NCBI GenBank assembly: GCA_951406725.2
Contig: OX597818.1
Location: forward strand, 59,086,001 to 59,150,000
Direction: 5' to 3'
Length of the DNA: 64,000 nucleotides
Source: Octopus vulgaris
Taxonomy: Eukaryota
A program made the position numbers and the translations under genes. Shown here in pieces: positions 38,089 through 52,907 of the stretch. Under the pieces are notes generated by a model. The model saw only the letters and a list, made by a program, of their open reading frames with translations, was not told the DNA's origin and did not search any database. The first letter of the stretch is position 1. Every line of letters begins with the position of its first letter.

Positions 38089-40319
38089 ACTATTGTAGAG
38101 TATTATAGACAAGATCCTTGGCCCTGAATTGTAGTTTATGTTAACAACTCTCAAACCCGAAACGTCGATGTCGATGTGTGCATAATTTTTACTTTGAATA
38201 CAAAAAAATGTTTAACTAAATAGAACACTGCGTTATGTCCGACCCATTACCTATTCTGTCACTCGACCACCTTCCACAGCTTTAAAATATTAACTAACTT
38301 CCGCTTTTAGCTAACTTCTTTGTCCTACCGAAAATAAATCTCTGAATTACAACAAGAATATTAAACAAAAAGTAAAGAGTTTTATATTAGATTATAAAGC
38401 GGCTGATTTTTTATGGTTCACATGTGTGCGTGAGTGTTTGTATTTGTCAGTGTGTATGTGTGTGTGTATATACGCACGCAATCTTTTACACAAAGCTAGC
38501 CTGATCAGTGTCAATGATCATCAACGAAGAATTTATTTTTCAAGAGGTTTCTTGATTGTGAAAGAATCTGACTTCACCGATACACAGACATTTCATTCAA
38601 ATATTTTTCTACGTGCTACTAAAAGCTATTTTATTAATTGATTGGCAGAAGTTTTATTTTTTAAATTTTCTTTTCCATTGTTATCTTTCGTCCTACATTA
38701 TTTATTTGTTATTGTTCGTTCTTTTTGCCGCATTTTCGTGACTGTTTTCGCAGAGAAAACAGGAAGCATTTCTATAAATAGATGAATGGTATTTATATTA
38801 TTGGTATGACCTTTAGGAGAACGATCTATAAAGATTGTTGTTGCTTTTAATACTCAGCACATCATACTCTGATATAAAATTCAATATCGCACGCAACGTT
38901 GTCACAAACTATTTTAAATGAGGCAATTTCCTATTTTTTAATGGTAAAAGTTTGTACCTCTTTCTTTAATTCTCTTCACGTTGAAATCGATTGTTAGAAA
39001 TTATCGTTAGTAAGCTTAAAAGTAAACTGAACGCAAAGTAAAAATAAATTGCTTTGTCCGATTATTTATGTTAAACTGCGTCAGGAAGTTTCTAACATTT
39101 AAAAGTATAATTGGATATTTATTGAACAGCATTTAATCGGATATAGTGCTTCCTGTGATGAAGATTTAAGTATTATAATTCAGAAGAAACAATTCGCCTG
39201 TTAAACTTTTACGAGTACAGCCAAATAAAGATTTTTAACCTCTGCACTGTCGGACAACAATTTTGACGAGACGATATACGATGACTGATTCTGCTTAAGA
39301 TCCAGTAACTGAAACGAGTAGTGTTAATTTAGCATAAAGACAAGCAATTTAGAAACAACAAAATTAACTGAAGTTATACACCGTAGCATTTGACAATTTA
39401 TTTTAGGAAATGCGCAGAGGTGAAAAGCAAAGCTCACTATGGCAGGATATGAAATGAAAATATAAAGACTTGGAACCGATGATGTAAAGCATTTTATCCG
39501 ACGCATAGTAATGAAAATCCCTCTTAAATTATTTAAATTTATATATCGTTTCCAAAGAACGTTTCCTTCTGGTATTAAAATCTGGGGCCATAAAAATGTT
39601 TTTGCTTATTTCTATTATGACGCTGGTCTAGAATTTTCCTATGTACATAATGAAATATTTAATTTTAATTAAAGGTTTCCAAATTTGCCACAAGGATAGC
39701 AATTTATTTTTCTTTCTTTGTGAGGGTGATAGTCGAGTACATCGACCCCAGTAGTTGACTGATACTTAATTTATGGCTTGCTTTGGCTTTCTGAAAATCT
39801 GAGATTATCATTTCCTCTATCCTTTCAGTGTTACTTTTTCATTGAATGGTAGTTGAAATGATCGATCAGTCTCACTGATGATCCGGAGATTCAGGCATTT
39901 CGTGAATCACCAGCGGGTGTTGCACTGCTGCTTATTTTTTGTATTTTAATTGAATTCAACATGAACTCCAAAGTTTCCTATTCACTTTTTTTTCTTTTTG
40001 GAATCTCTATGATATCCGCAGCTGTAACATTCACATTGCACTAACGGGGTGAAAATGCAGCTATTGCTAATATAGAGATCAAAGTGCCTGGGAAGATGTG
40101 CTCTAGTTTCAGCACTGTGGGGTTATAGTAATGGGAGAAGAAGATATGCTTTAAAAAGAAACAACTGGAAGCTATCAAAAAACCTAAACGATAAAAATAT
40201 ATGTCCCACTGCGTGGCACCTTGGGCAAGTGTCAACTGTATTCTACTATAGCCTCGGTCCGACCAAAGCATTGTGAGTAGATTTGGTAGTCGGAAGCTGA
40301 AAGAAGCCCATCGTATATA

Positions 40320-41482
40320 CAGAGGTTGGACAAAATAATGGAAAGACCTTAAAATTTCAAACAAATTGATTTTAACATGGGGTAGGACCGCCTTTGGTAG
40401 TTATCACAGCTTGAAGTCTAAGATATATGGACTCGTACAATGTTTAAATTGTTTCCAAACGAATTGTTGTCCATTCTTCAGCTAAAACAGTATCCAGTTC
40501 TTGTAGTGATGATGGTGGAGGATATCGACTTCTTATTTGATTTTCTAAAATGCACCATAAATATTCAATAATATTGAGAAGTGGTGACTGTGCTGGCCAG
40601 ATAAGTGGTTCAACTGCAATACAATGTTCCTCGTGCTATTCAGTATCATGTTTAGCTGCGAGAATTGGTGCATTATCATCCTGAAAGATTTCGTTTCCTT
40701 CCGGAAACTGTTCCACAAACATAGAATGAATTTGATCAGATAAAATGTTTAAATAGTCTTTCCATGAAGGGGAACCATTGGGCCGGCGGATTTCCAAGAC
40801 ATAGCCCCCAGGATCATTACACATCATCCTTCAAGTTTAACAGTTGGACGAAGGCAGTCCGAGTCAAATGCTTCTTTTGTCTGTATCTAAGATAAAGGAT
40901 GACTCTTCCGAGAAAATAACATTCTTCTACTGCTCTAGGGACCAATTCTGTAGGTTTTCATTCCACTCTAAACGCTTTGCAACGTTTGTTTTTGAAAGTA
41001 GCGGTTTTCTGATTGCTGTCCTACCTTGAAATCCGGCTAAGTGCAGCTCCCGGCGAACAGTTTTTTGTGGAAACTAGGTTCTCGACGTGGCCAATAAGTT
41101 CTGTAGTAATTTGAGAGCTGTACGTTTGTGATCCTTTCAAACAATTCGCATTAGAGTCTGACGGTCCACATCTAAAAGTTTTGGTTTTCTTCCGGAGTTC
41201 TGTTTCGACGAGGAGATTTATCCCCTCTTTCGCAAGCGTCTGCCATACGAGTAACAACAGTTTGACCTCTTTGAAAATTCAATAGAGCTGTTCTTTTAAT
41301 TAATTTTAATTACGTATTTTCTGATTACATCTGAAAGCAACAGCAATTTTAGCAAAACATATTAAGCAACACTTATAATAAATAAAAAAACATAAGTATA
41401 AACCTATTTTTGACTGTTTTATAGATAATTCAAACTTCTGATGTTCTGGTGCTAGCGTTTCCATTATTTTGTCCAACCCCTA
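40320..41482 (-). mobile_element. Decayed Tc1-family transposon inserted in the TA tract of a SINE-C fragment
   Basis: TIRs cagaggttggacaaaataatggaaa / tttccattattttgtccaacccc; minus-strand FQDDNAPI and WPAQSPLLNIIEYLW motifs. Confidence 0.9.
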
Positions 41483-41537
41483 CGAATATATATGTATATA
41501 CACATGCATAAAAACATATATATACCTTCATAAATAC

Positions 41538-41598
<61 letters not shown>

Positions 41599-43417
41599 TG
41601 TGTGTGTATGAAGGTATATATATATATATATATATATATACAGCGAGAGATTGAGGGGGGCAGATATATATTGATAGATAGATAGATATTCTTGCATATT
41701 TCTCAGCAGAGAGCCCTCATCTTCCACTTTGAAGAGAAGATGGACGGTACCCTCTTCTTAATATGTAAGTCGGTGAAATGAAAATCTTGATACCAAATAA
41801 CATGCTTGTATGTGTAGTTAACATATTCGCTTTTGTATTGAACGGCTAAAATGTGTCTTCTACCGTGTAATCATTTAACTTCAGAAGAGTCTCAGACCAA
41901 ATCACTCGCCAGACATGTTCGCTTCCGCTATGTGCGCGCCCGTGAGTGCTTACATGTGTCTGTGCATATGTGTGTGTGTGTGTGTGTGTGTGTATGCGTA
42001 CTGTTATTGTAATTTTCACACTCCGTTAGCTAATCGTTCTGACTGAAACAATTGCTGCTCTTCACAATTATGTCCGTGTGATTTCGTTGGATTTCTCTTC
42101 CTTCATTTTACTGCTTCTTTCCTCTTACAAATTTTAATTGGTGGTGGCTATTTCCTTATTATTGCCAACCAAAATTTGATTGATACTTTTGATTACTGAC
42201 TGGTCAAGCAATTGATTCTATTTATCCTCTCTAATCTGTGGATGAATAAACAGTAGGAAAACTAACAGAGCCATCTCTTAATCTTCGTCATTTCCATATT
42301 TGGCTTTATTAACTCTACTCAACCTACATTGTGTTTGTATCCGAAATTTTTCTGAAAGTATCTCTTATTAATCTTTTGCTTCATATAATTTTCCGTCGGA
42401 AATTCGGTCAAGCTGGTCTGATGCTTAGTTCCCTTTGTTTTCATAAGTTCCTTGGTGTTTAGCGGCAAGTAGATGAGCAAATCGTGAGTTTCAAGAAGTA
42501 CATTATCCGTAGTCACCCATGGTTTTTTTAATTTATTTAGATACAATGTATTTCTGAGCAGAGCGCTGAATATGGCATTTTTTGAAGTCGGCAGAAGGTA
42601 ATTTAAAACAGTTTGGGCTGTTATTTATAGCAGCTTGATAGACCACGTAGAACATAAAGAGACACACAGACAGACAGATAAACAGGCAGCAGACACACAG
42701 TCAGATACAAAGATAGAAAGATAGATAGATACGTAGATAGATAGAAAACTGCCTGAAAGACATTGTTTATTCAAAACCGCAACAATTGTTTCGCCACATT
42801 TTTACACTCGTAGTACAATGCAATCAGATTCATCCATCAAAAGTGCTGGATGCTTTTCTTCAGGTCATCATTTCTGAGTCGAAAATTTAAGTACCAGTTG
42901 CGTACTGGCTCGATCTAATCGACTGGCTCCCTCTCCAATAATTTCGGGCCTTGTGTCTAGAGTGGAAAAGAACCGTTAGTACCCTGGTCAAACTGTAAAG
43001 AGGCATTACGCTCGTCTTTACATTCTAAGTTGAAATACCGCAGAGGTAGACTTTGTCTTGCATCCTTTCAGGATCGATAATATCAGTAACGTTTGAAGAC
43101 AGGGTTCGATGTATTCGATTTCAATGCTCACACAAAATTAGTGGTGTACTGCCATAATTTGCGACCTATATTTCAATGTAATATTTTGCCACGAGGGTTT
43201 CATTTATAAATGAGACCTGTTGTCATCACGCCATGCACACGAATATATTTGTAGCCAATGTACAAACATGCATAGTATAAAAGTATTTGCCAAATCCCTA
43301 TCCCCGTGTTATTATACTAACCAGACTCTGATCTAAACCTCAAATATAAAAGACAACAGAACTGTAATCAAAATGCTAAAAATATATCGTATACATGTTT
43401 CAAATATACATCTAGGC

Positions 43418-43653
43418 AAGGTGGCGAGCTGGCAGAAACGTTAGCACGCCGGACGAAATGCCAAGCGGTATTTCATCTGCCGTTACGTTCTGAGTTCAAA
43501 TTCTGCCGAGGTCGACTTTGCCTTTCATCCTTTCGGGGTTGATTAAATAAGTACCAGTTATGCACTTTGGTCGATATAATCGATTTAATTGCCATGTCTG
43601 TCCTTGTTTTTCCCCCCCTCTATGTTTAGCCCCCTGTGGGCAATAAAGAAATA
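43418..43653 (+). mobile_element. SINE-A with a 16-bp TSD
   Basis: aaatatacatctaggc at 43402-43417 and 43654-43669. Confidence 0.93.
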
Positions 43654-44594
43654 AAATATACATCTAGGCTGACAAAAATGACTGTATACAACTGGTAGAG
43701 TAAAGATTAGTCTCTCGTATTGAATAAAAAATTCAAAAGCTGGAGGTAAATAATATCGCTGATCCCTTACTAGAAACTGAACTATTGTCCCTGTCTACCG
43801 GCTGAAAGTTACATTTACATCGATCTCAAGTAAAACGTCTTCACATTAGCCTTGAGTATTTTTTGTTGCATTTTTCTTTTAAGTTTAAAGGATAAATTTA
43901 CAGTACATTGTGTGAGGACTGCTACGTGAAATTGAACCACGCATTATACATTACATTTCCTTGATGTAAATTTTAACTGCATCCAGTAGTTTGGACCTGT
44001 TTCGGAAAATCTAGGGTTTTGAGAAGTGTGTAACCACTCCTTAGACAGTAGTGTTCTCAGGTCTACTCTGAACTGCAGTAGGTAGACCTGCCAGAGCCCA
44101 AGTTATGGGCGTATTGGGAGTACAATACTCTCACTGCCTCGAAAGTACCTTGGGTAAGAAAAATTCCGGGATGAGGTTCCACCGTGAAAGCTACCCAAGA
44201 ATTGGATCCCTCTGTGGGTGCGGCTATGCACCGTCTTTGACGGTAAGTGTGGTACGCCCACCCTGCAACATGATTCACCAGCTAGAAAATCTTTCCAATA
44301 TAATACCTACAGCTGGCTGGTCACTGCAGCTGTCCCGGCCAACGGTGCCTCTGTCATCAAACTACCAAGTTTAAGAAGTGAGAGTGGATTGCGCGGACTG
44401 ACTCTCACTTTAGAACTACAAAGCGTCGGCAAGAAGAAAAGTCCTGCAGCGACAGAGTGGTGACGAAAATGGTGCTGGATTCCACCAGATTCGACTTTGC
44501 CTTTCATACTTTCGTTAAATTAAGTACCAGTTGCGTACTGAGGTCGATCTAATAGACTGGCCTCCCTCAAAGATTTCGGGCATGTGTCTGGAGT

Positions 44595-44888
44595 CACGTG
44601 ATCACGTGACCGACCAGGCTATCAGATGTTGCAACACATCGCTGGTCACAATGCGCTTCGCTTTGTTTTAGCCTTCAAATGACGCCACCCCGCTGGTTAA
44701 GTGAGCAGAATAAAGAGTAAGAGAAAGTTGTAGCGAATGAGTAGAGCAGGGATCGCCACCACCCCCTGCCAGAGCCTTGTGGAGCTTTAGGTTTTTTCGC
44801 TCAGTAAACACTCACAATGTCCGGTCCGGGAATCGAAACCGCGATCCTACAACCACGCGTCCACTGCCCTAACCACTGGGCCATTGCT
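44595..44888 (-). mobile_element. SINE-B variant with the same head and a different 3' part
   Basis: caatggcccagtggttagggcagtggac...ttcgattcccgg head on the minus strand; diverges after ctttctcttactc. Confidence 0.8.
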
Positions 44889-45629
44889 GAACTCTACCAT
44901 CAGTCGTATCCTCAACTCCGCACGCATGCGGTTTATTTCTTCCCCCTGATTTGAACCAGGAAGAACTGCTTTAAATATCTGCTCCGTTACACTACACTTT
45001 ACCCAATTAACAAATATTAACAAATAATTAGTTCATTAGTTTTTTATCCACCATGTAAACGTATTTCTAATCTGGTAATTCCAAACTTTTATAATGCACT
45101 ATATAATAACATTTCCGTGATAATATTTGAATACTTTCTTTAAAACTCTGTATTAACGTTACATAACCTGATAAGTCTTCAAATTGAATTTTAAGTCTAT
45201 ACTCAGGAGAATCTTTCATCATTTCAGTTTTCAAAATAATGAGAATCTAAATAAATATTTCAAATTATTTTTTCCTCGTGATACTCGCGAAAGAAGTAAA
45301 TATATGTTGCTAAAAATTTATTTAACAACTTTCCATGGCAACAGTTCATCATTGAAAACATTCAATCAATTACTTAAAAATTAACTTATAAAATAATTGT
45401 TTCAATAAATGTATAAGTCATAGACCTATCACAACTCTGCTCTGCAGAAGTAGAACAGTTACACACACTAATAACCAGTTTGGTAATTCTAATTTTCAGA
45501 GTAAGATGATTAAAGGCGGGGAAAATGAGTAATGACTAATTTGAAAACTACACTTTTATAAACTACAGGATGGGTGAATATATCAGGAAGAGAGCCACTC
45601 TAAAAGTTCGTGAAGTAGCTTTGAAGAAT

Positions 45630-45850
45630 ATACCTATTTCTTTACTACCCACAAGGGGCTAAACACAGAGGGGACAAACAAGGACATACAAAGGGATTAA
45701 GTCGATTACATCGCCCCCGGTGCGTAACTGGTACTTAATTTATCGACCGCGAAAGGACGAAAGGCAAAGTCGGCTCAGAAGGTAACGGCAGACGATATAC
45801 GGCTACGCATTTCGCCCGGCGTGCTAACGTTTCTGCCAGCTCGCCACCTT
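45630..45850 (-). mobile_element. SINE-A monomer
   Basis: Full consensus; tgaagaatata repeated on both sides. Confidence 0.9.
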
Positions 45851-45949
45851 TGGAGCCGTGAAGAATATATCTTCTTTCAAATGAATTTCTGGAGAAGTGA
45901 AAAGGCAAATTTACCTATTTTGTCTTACTGATTTTACCCTACATAAATG

Positions 45950-46300
45950 TGCCTTTTGTATGCTCATAGAAAGCGGAGACTATTTTCTGAGATAGTGTTC
46001 TCATTATGTTATAAATTTTTCTTAAGCATTTCGAGAAAGTCATTTGCATAGCTGATATAGTTTTTGCAAGGCTGTGGACATTGCAAAAAATATTTTTCAA
46101 TGATACAGTAAATATTGCTCGTTATACCCCACCACATCAATCTCATTCGAATGATTTTTCCCTGGAAAATGTACTTTAGAGCGAGGATAATCAAATACAA
46201 CAGGCTCAACGAAATACGGTTGGCACAGGAACTTTAATATATCTAATTTAAATTTAATGAGGTTGTGTCTTAGACAACAAAGTGAGTCATCAAATGACTC
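45950..46300 (-). pseudogene. Possible decayed Penelope-like RT fragment
   Basis: YPRSKVHFPG...; QPCKNYISYANDFLEML resembles the LPKxHK...SYxxDTxDFL region of PLE RTs. Confidence 0.35.
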
Positions 46301-46882
46301 GAATGTAATAAAAACAAAGTGATAGAAAAATAGATGGAATATGAAAATAGAATGTAATGTTACTAAAACACTTACGAAGTTGGAAATTATTGCAGCCAAA
46401 GATAAGCTGCTAAATTCATCCAACCATAAGGTTGAGACATACTGCTTCACTACGTTGAACAGTTTGGTTTCCAGACATGTTAGCAATTACTTATGCTTCA
46501 CTATTTGAGATAGTAGAAATGTAGTCACATTTACAATGACATAGTCCTCTGTATGTATTTATTGATCAATGTAATATTGTACCAGTGAATACACGTGTGT
46601 GTGCTCGCGGCGAAAGGTGGTAAGCCGAAACTTAGAAGTTACACAAAACCTCTTCTTATAAACTCTTTAATTGACATGTTCCCTGGTAAAAGTATTGAGT
46701 AATTTCTCAGTTTGATTTGGAAATATTTTTTATTGATAACTTCGCAAAAAGCATTCATATGTCAAGTGAAGTAGAGAGAGGAAATGACAGGTAGAAAATA
46801 TGTATTTTTGTACATGTGAATGTGTATGTGATTTACATACACGTAACCAAATAAATATATGTGTGCATGCGTGTATGTTTAA

Positions 46883-46939
<57 letters not shown>

Positions 46940-47220
46940 TATCGAGTGATATTCTTTAATAGGTATCCATGACACTTTCACAGTGACAGAGAGAGATACG
47001 TCTGATGCATATATTTAAGTGTTTTTGCATGTACGAATAAAAATATATATCTATCTATCCATTTATACATCTATCCATCTATACATCTATACATCTATCC
47101 ATATATCCATCTATACATCTATCCATCTATCTATCTATCTATCTAACTATCTATATATCTATCTATCTATCCATATATCTATATATCTATCTATCGATAT
47201 ACATATGTGTGTGTGTGCGC

Positions 47221-47287
<67 letters not shown>

Positions 47288-47463
47288 TATATATTTGTAT
47301 ACGCATACACACGCAGTCACACACACACACACATATACATATGTATATACATTCAATATAAGATATGTATCTTGTTTTGTATGTATGTATGTGTTATACT
47401 AATTTGACTGTACGGTTGATAAAGTTGCTTGCCACACCGAAAGGTAGTGTAATAAAACCTTCC

Positions 47464-47530
<67 letters not shown>

Positions 47531-48347
47531 TACCTTACATACTGAGTATGGAAGTGTATATCTGCTTCCTTCTTTCAAATGTCCTTAGCATCTGCGTTAG
47601 AATCAGAAATTAAATTGATCGGAATCATTGTGACTGGTTTTCCTTCATGTTACGACAGACAACGCGAAGCATATAATTACCAAACCGTTAATTCTATGCG
47701 TAAAGACAGAGATTTTTTGTTTTTTGTGTTTTTGAAAGTGAACGCAACGAAACGCCATAATGGAAGAGTTAAATGTACTTGTACTTGTGTTATATAATGG
47801 CGTTTTAGAACGTGAAGTATAATTATCTATGGAAATTGTATCAATTATTACGTGGACTTACTCACCAGTATACCACAGGGCATAGTTTCGAATGACACTG
47901 CCGGCAATGCTGCAGCTAACGGATTTCCTCCACTTCCTCTTCTCCTTCCACCACATCCCCCCTATTATCACTACTACATCCAGTCGTAAGAATCCTTTTC
48001 TACTAAAAACACAAGGCCTAGAATTTGGGCGTGTGGTGGATCGTGGATTACCTCAACCGCGGTACGCAACTGGTACTTCATTTATCGACCCTAGCGTGCT
48101 AACAATTCTGCCAGATTGCAGCCTTAGTAATAATAATACCAATGATCCTTTCTACTATGAGCACAAGGACTGGAATGCGGGGTGGGGGAGCGGACTAGTC
48201 GATTACATCAACACCCAGTGATTCACTGATACTTAATTTATCGAGCCCCAAAGAATGAAAGTCAAAGTCGACCTCGGAACGTAGCGGGAGATGAAATAAC
48301 GCTATACATTGCGTCCGTGGAGCTAACGATTCTGCCAGCTCACCGCC

Positions 48348-48454
<107 letters not shown>

Positions 48455-48469
48455 AAGAAGAAGAAGAAT

Positions 48470-48606
48470 AGACACTGCACACATCATACGCAGAACACTT
48501 TCAATACAGTAACCATCAGAGCATCACAACAAATCACATCACATACCCAAGGCACGCACAGCTGCGCTCGGTAGTGAAGTAAAAGCACATTATAAAAATA
48601 TAACTA

Positions 48607-48610
<4 letters not shown>
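48470..48610 (+). mobile_element. R4/Dong-type extreme 3' end in (AAT)n/(AAG)n
   Basis: TAHIIRRTLSIQ* plus 3' UTR plus (AAT)n; second copy at 49278-49418. Confidence 0.8.
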
Positions 48611-48690
<80 letters not shown>

Positions 48691-48691
<1 letters not shown>

Positions 48692-49243
48692 CCCTGATGC
48701 AGTACCAGGCAGTGGCTCTCATGGCTTCTGATCTTAACTGATTGGAAGTGTTATCATGTACATTGTTTTTTCTTGGTATAAAAGATGGGCTACAGCAAAT
48801 ATTCTGCTCAATACCACAGATTTGCTTGTCAGTTGTTTGACCTTAACCACTTGAGCATGTCCCTTAGTGGCTGACGATATGTGCATCTCTGATCACGAGC
48901 AGAAGTAGTGGGGGAGCATCATAGCCATGTGTTGAGAAGGATTCTTTGGGGTTTGAATGATTCACCTCTGGAAACATGGGTGTTTCGTTCAACGTCCTTA
49001 AACAACCCTTATTCAGGGATCTTTTGAGCGGGATGGGTTACTCGATCTGAAGAAAATTCTAACTGGGCTCCACCTGCAAGGTCATGTGCTGTTTATCTTG
49101 ATATGAGATCACCATGTCGTGCACATATGGTTGTGATGCATGTGCCTGGTGTACCCTTATCAGACGGGTAGTCATGATGGGTATACTGGGCTTCGTATAT
49201 TTTACCCCAGTGTCACTTTGATGGCATGCTCTGCTCACTCAAT
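48691..49243 (+). mobile_element. Non-coding element embedded in (AAT)n, probably a non-LTR 3' UTR or SINE-like derivative
   Basis: Its 3' end ttttaccccagtgtcacttt...ctcactcaat(aat)n recurs at about 25368-25415. Confidence 0.65.
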
Positions 49244-49244
49244 C

Positions 49245-49277
<33 letters not shown>

Positions 49278-49278
<1 letters not shown>

Positions 49279-49418
49279 GACACTGCACACATCCTACGCA
49301 GAACACTTTCCATACAATAACCATCAGATCATCACAACAAATCACATCACATACCCAAGGCACACAGAGCTGCGCTCGCTAGTGAAGTGAAAGCACGCTA
49401 TGAAATTAAAACTACTGA
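49278..49418 (+). mobile_element. Second R4/Dong-type 3' end
   Basis: TAHILRRTLSIQ*; same 5' breakpoint as 48470. Confidence 0.8.
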
Positions 49419-49489
49419 ATGATAATTATGATAATAATAGTAGTAGTAGTAGTAGTAGTAGTAGTACTAGTAGCAGTAGTAATAATAAT

Positions 49490-49709
49490 AATCTTTTCTA
49501 CTATAGGCATAAGCCCTGGATATTATGAGGAAGGAGGCAGTCGATCCCATCCATTCTATTGCATCAGAGGTACTTAATTTACCGACCCCAAAAGAATGAA
49601 AGGCAAAGACAGCCACGGCGGAATCTGAACTCAGAACGTAGTGGCAGCTGAAATATCACTTAGCATTTCGCCCGGCGTGCTAAGGATGCTGCCAGCTCAC
49701 CGCCTTAAA

Positions 49710-49792
<83 letters not shown>

Positions 49793-50085
49793 GAAGAAGT
49801 AGAAGAAGAAGAAGAAGAAGAAGAAGAAGAAGAAGAAGAAGAAGAAGAAGAAGAACAAAAACAATAATAATAATAATAATAATAATTTCTTCACTACCCA
49901 CAAGGGGCTAAACATAGAGGGGACAAACAAGGACAGACATACGGATTAAGTCGATTACATCGACCCCAGTGCGCAACTGGTACTTAATTTATCGACTCCA
50001 AAAGGATGAAAGGCAAAGTCGACCTCGGTGGAATTTGAACTCAGAACCTAACTGCAGACGATATACGGCTACGCATTGTGCCAGA
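49490..50085 (-). mobile_element. Two SINE-A copies separated by (AAT)n(AAG)n
   Basis: Reverse-complement consensus at about 49490-49706 and 49885-50085. Confidence 0.85.
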
Positions 50086-50987
50086 TCGCAATAATAATAA
50101 TAATACTCTAGGAAAATCCTCGAAGATCCTGGTTCCTGTGACGAAGCGTTGTTAGTTGTGCATAGCTTAAGGCGCAAACATTCTAAAAGACTCGCACGAA
50201 CAAGAGAGCATCCTTAACTGCTGAACGGATATGTTTTGGCTGTATTCATATTTTTGGAGATCATTGCTAGCGTTTTGGAATCCGCAAGATGGCAGCACAG
50301 CCAAATGTTGAGAGCCAATGGCGAAGGGGGATATTACCTATTGTTTCCCTTCGTTGCGAGACTTTTCCCCCCGACATATTTTGAAGACGTCTTACGCCAA
50401 CAGGTTATGACGTCTGACGACACGCCATAAAACTAAACGCTTTATGGAGGGGAAACCTACGGAAACAAATAAACCAGCCTTCCCCATTAAATTATACATA
50501 CATACATACAAACAAACAAACAAACAAACAAACATACATATATACATACATACATACATATAAATGTAAAGAAGTCGGAAGAAAAGGAACGGGGCTAGAG
50601 ATAGCAGCCAAGACGCCCTGAAATAAAATCTCTGTGAGTTAAAAAAAGGTAGTACGCATTATAGGATGTGCTCTTAGATACATTATGTATGAATAGAAGA
50701 TGGAATGATCACAGTCAGTTGACCGTGGCCATGCTGGAGCACTGCCTTTAGTTGAACAAATCGACCTCAGGACTTATTCTTTGTAAACCTAGTACTTATC
50801 CTGTCGGTCTCTTTTGCAAAACTGCTAAGTTACAGGGACATAAACACACCAACATCGGTAATCAAGCGATGGTGTGGACGACAAGGCTGTGTGGTACGTT
50901 GCTACCAATCACATGGTTCCAGGTTCAGTCCCACTGCATAACTCCTTCGGCACCTTGGAAACTGACAGAAGCCCATCGTATACATAC

Positions 50988-51018
<31 letters not shown>

Positions 51019-51054
51019 CATATATATAAATATATATATATATATATATGTATA

Positions 51055-51111
<57 letters not shown>

Positions 51112-51209
51112 TATAAAAACATGTAATATACAAATAAATATCTGTAAATCTAAAACTATCCTCATTTCTTCTAGTATAAAATACCTGTACATCATCTCCA
51201 AACCTTCTA

Positions 51210-51289
<80 letters not shown>

Positions 51290-51979
51290 ATACAAGAGCG
51301 AGAGACAGAAGGGGGAAAACTGAGTATTTTATTCTGGGTATGTGTGAGAAAATAAATGGGTGATAACAGAAAAGACGATGTGACAAAGTAGGAAAATAAA
51401 GAATATATATCAATGTTATTAATTACCTTTATTCCAATTAATCGTCCGAGAATTGATCACCTCAAGTATATTTGGAAAGTTTTTTCTTTAGACAAGTATT
51501 AAAACGAAATATGTTGGATTAGAATTCCATAAAACAATAACGTAATCTTCGTTTATATTTTGTCAGACATTCAAAGTAAGCGGATAATTACAAATCGGCT
51601 GCAAGTACGAAATAGGGCAGAAAATTTATTGGGAATTATTATTTCTTTCGTATATATAGTTTTTCCAAGTTTTAGCTAGGTACATTATTCATTATGATTA
51701 AAATCAATTGACAAATAGAAAAATAAAATGTGGCAGAAAGCCATCAATTTGCAATTTGTACAGAATAATAAAGTCTTATAGAAATTTTAAATGTAAAGTT
51801 GTACCAAATGCAACTGAATCGCTTTAAGCAGGAAAACCTATATGAACTATCCAAGATGAATATTTAATATGAACTCAGTAAAGAAATTGTTTCTCCCGTT
51901 TGGATTGAGATTTATATAAAATTTACAGCTTCCTTGGCAATTATTTATAAAAGCTTATTCATCTAGGTTTCAAGTTACC

Positions 51980-52700
51980 ACGTGACAAACTGGGATACAG
52001 GCCTTCTTCAGAATTTCCACTTCCCACTGGGAAGATTAGTTGTAGAGTTGCTGAACTGTTCAACGCATGCAGGGTTCCTGCCTATAGAGTATTCAGAGTA
52101 TATTCTTATAAACACTGTTGCAAAACTTCTGCTAAGTGATTCAGTAAATGGGGTATTCAGATTAGAATATATATACAGGCCGCGCGGCCTAAAGTTGACA
52201 GATTGCATCAAAGGAAAATAAAAACATAGTACTCAGTCATAAAACGGATGTTCTATATTTGAGAAAAAAATCCCTGAAAAATATCAATTAAATTATGACT
52301 AGAAGATAAGAGTTACTCAATGTTGCCCAGCAGCTTCCAGTACGAAAGCAATTCTGCTATTACCACAAGCGCATGCATTCCTCATGAGTGTACCTGAGAA
52401 TATCTTCGAAGATTTACGGCAAGGGAATTACGAAACACTAAACTAGGAATGGGGAAATCTTAGAAATTCTCTGACAATCCCTTCTGACCTTTTCCGGAAG
52501 TATGGCAAAGAATTGAATCCTGAATTCGCAGATTTAACCTTCTGGCACCAAAACCCTTCAGCCAGAAACTGGGCACAGTCTCGTACAGATTGGTAGAGTC
52601 GCCTGAATTGAGCTTAAAGCGCTAGTCAAATCTTGGAGACGATTTACGGCTCAAGAATGCAGTCAGAGTGACTGCTGTGTCCCTTCCTACTGGCCACGGC
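51980..52700 (-). pseudogene. Possible highly decayed LINE ORF2 fragment
   Basis: ESLSRSFATVFIRIYSEYSIGRNPAC...RRPVS resembles the L..LF..S...G.FP..WK...YRPIS motif. Confidence 0.35.
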
Positions 52701-52907
52701 TTTTTTGTTTCCTTTGCAGATGTCCATATCAAGTCTCACGCTGTTTACAGTTAATATTTTCTCTCAATTATAACTTGAATCTTCCCACTCTCTTTTTGTT
52801 TGCTCATCAATACATTCAACTATTCCTGAATAAAGGAGACATAAATAGATGTCAGTTTTAGACTAGTTTTAGACTCGAACATCAATCATGCATATATATA
52901 TATATAT

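Noticed and set aside
39870-39925. CTGATGA followed by a hairpin
   Set aside because: The GAAA half is absent; at best a dead remnant.
42785-42870. Minus-strand CTGAAGA...GAAACAATTGTT
   Set aside because: Palindromic stem III is present but stems I and II do not pair.
44040-44470. GC-richer segment with overlapping short ORFs
   Set aside because: No recognisable motif or splice structure; probably an unclassified repeat fragment, so not called.
50380-50470. CTGACGA...GAAA flanked by hairpins, a possible hammerhead
   Set aside because: No UH cleavage site and no stem I/III pairing in any topology.
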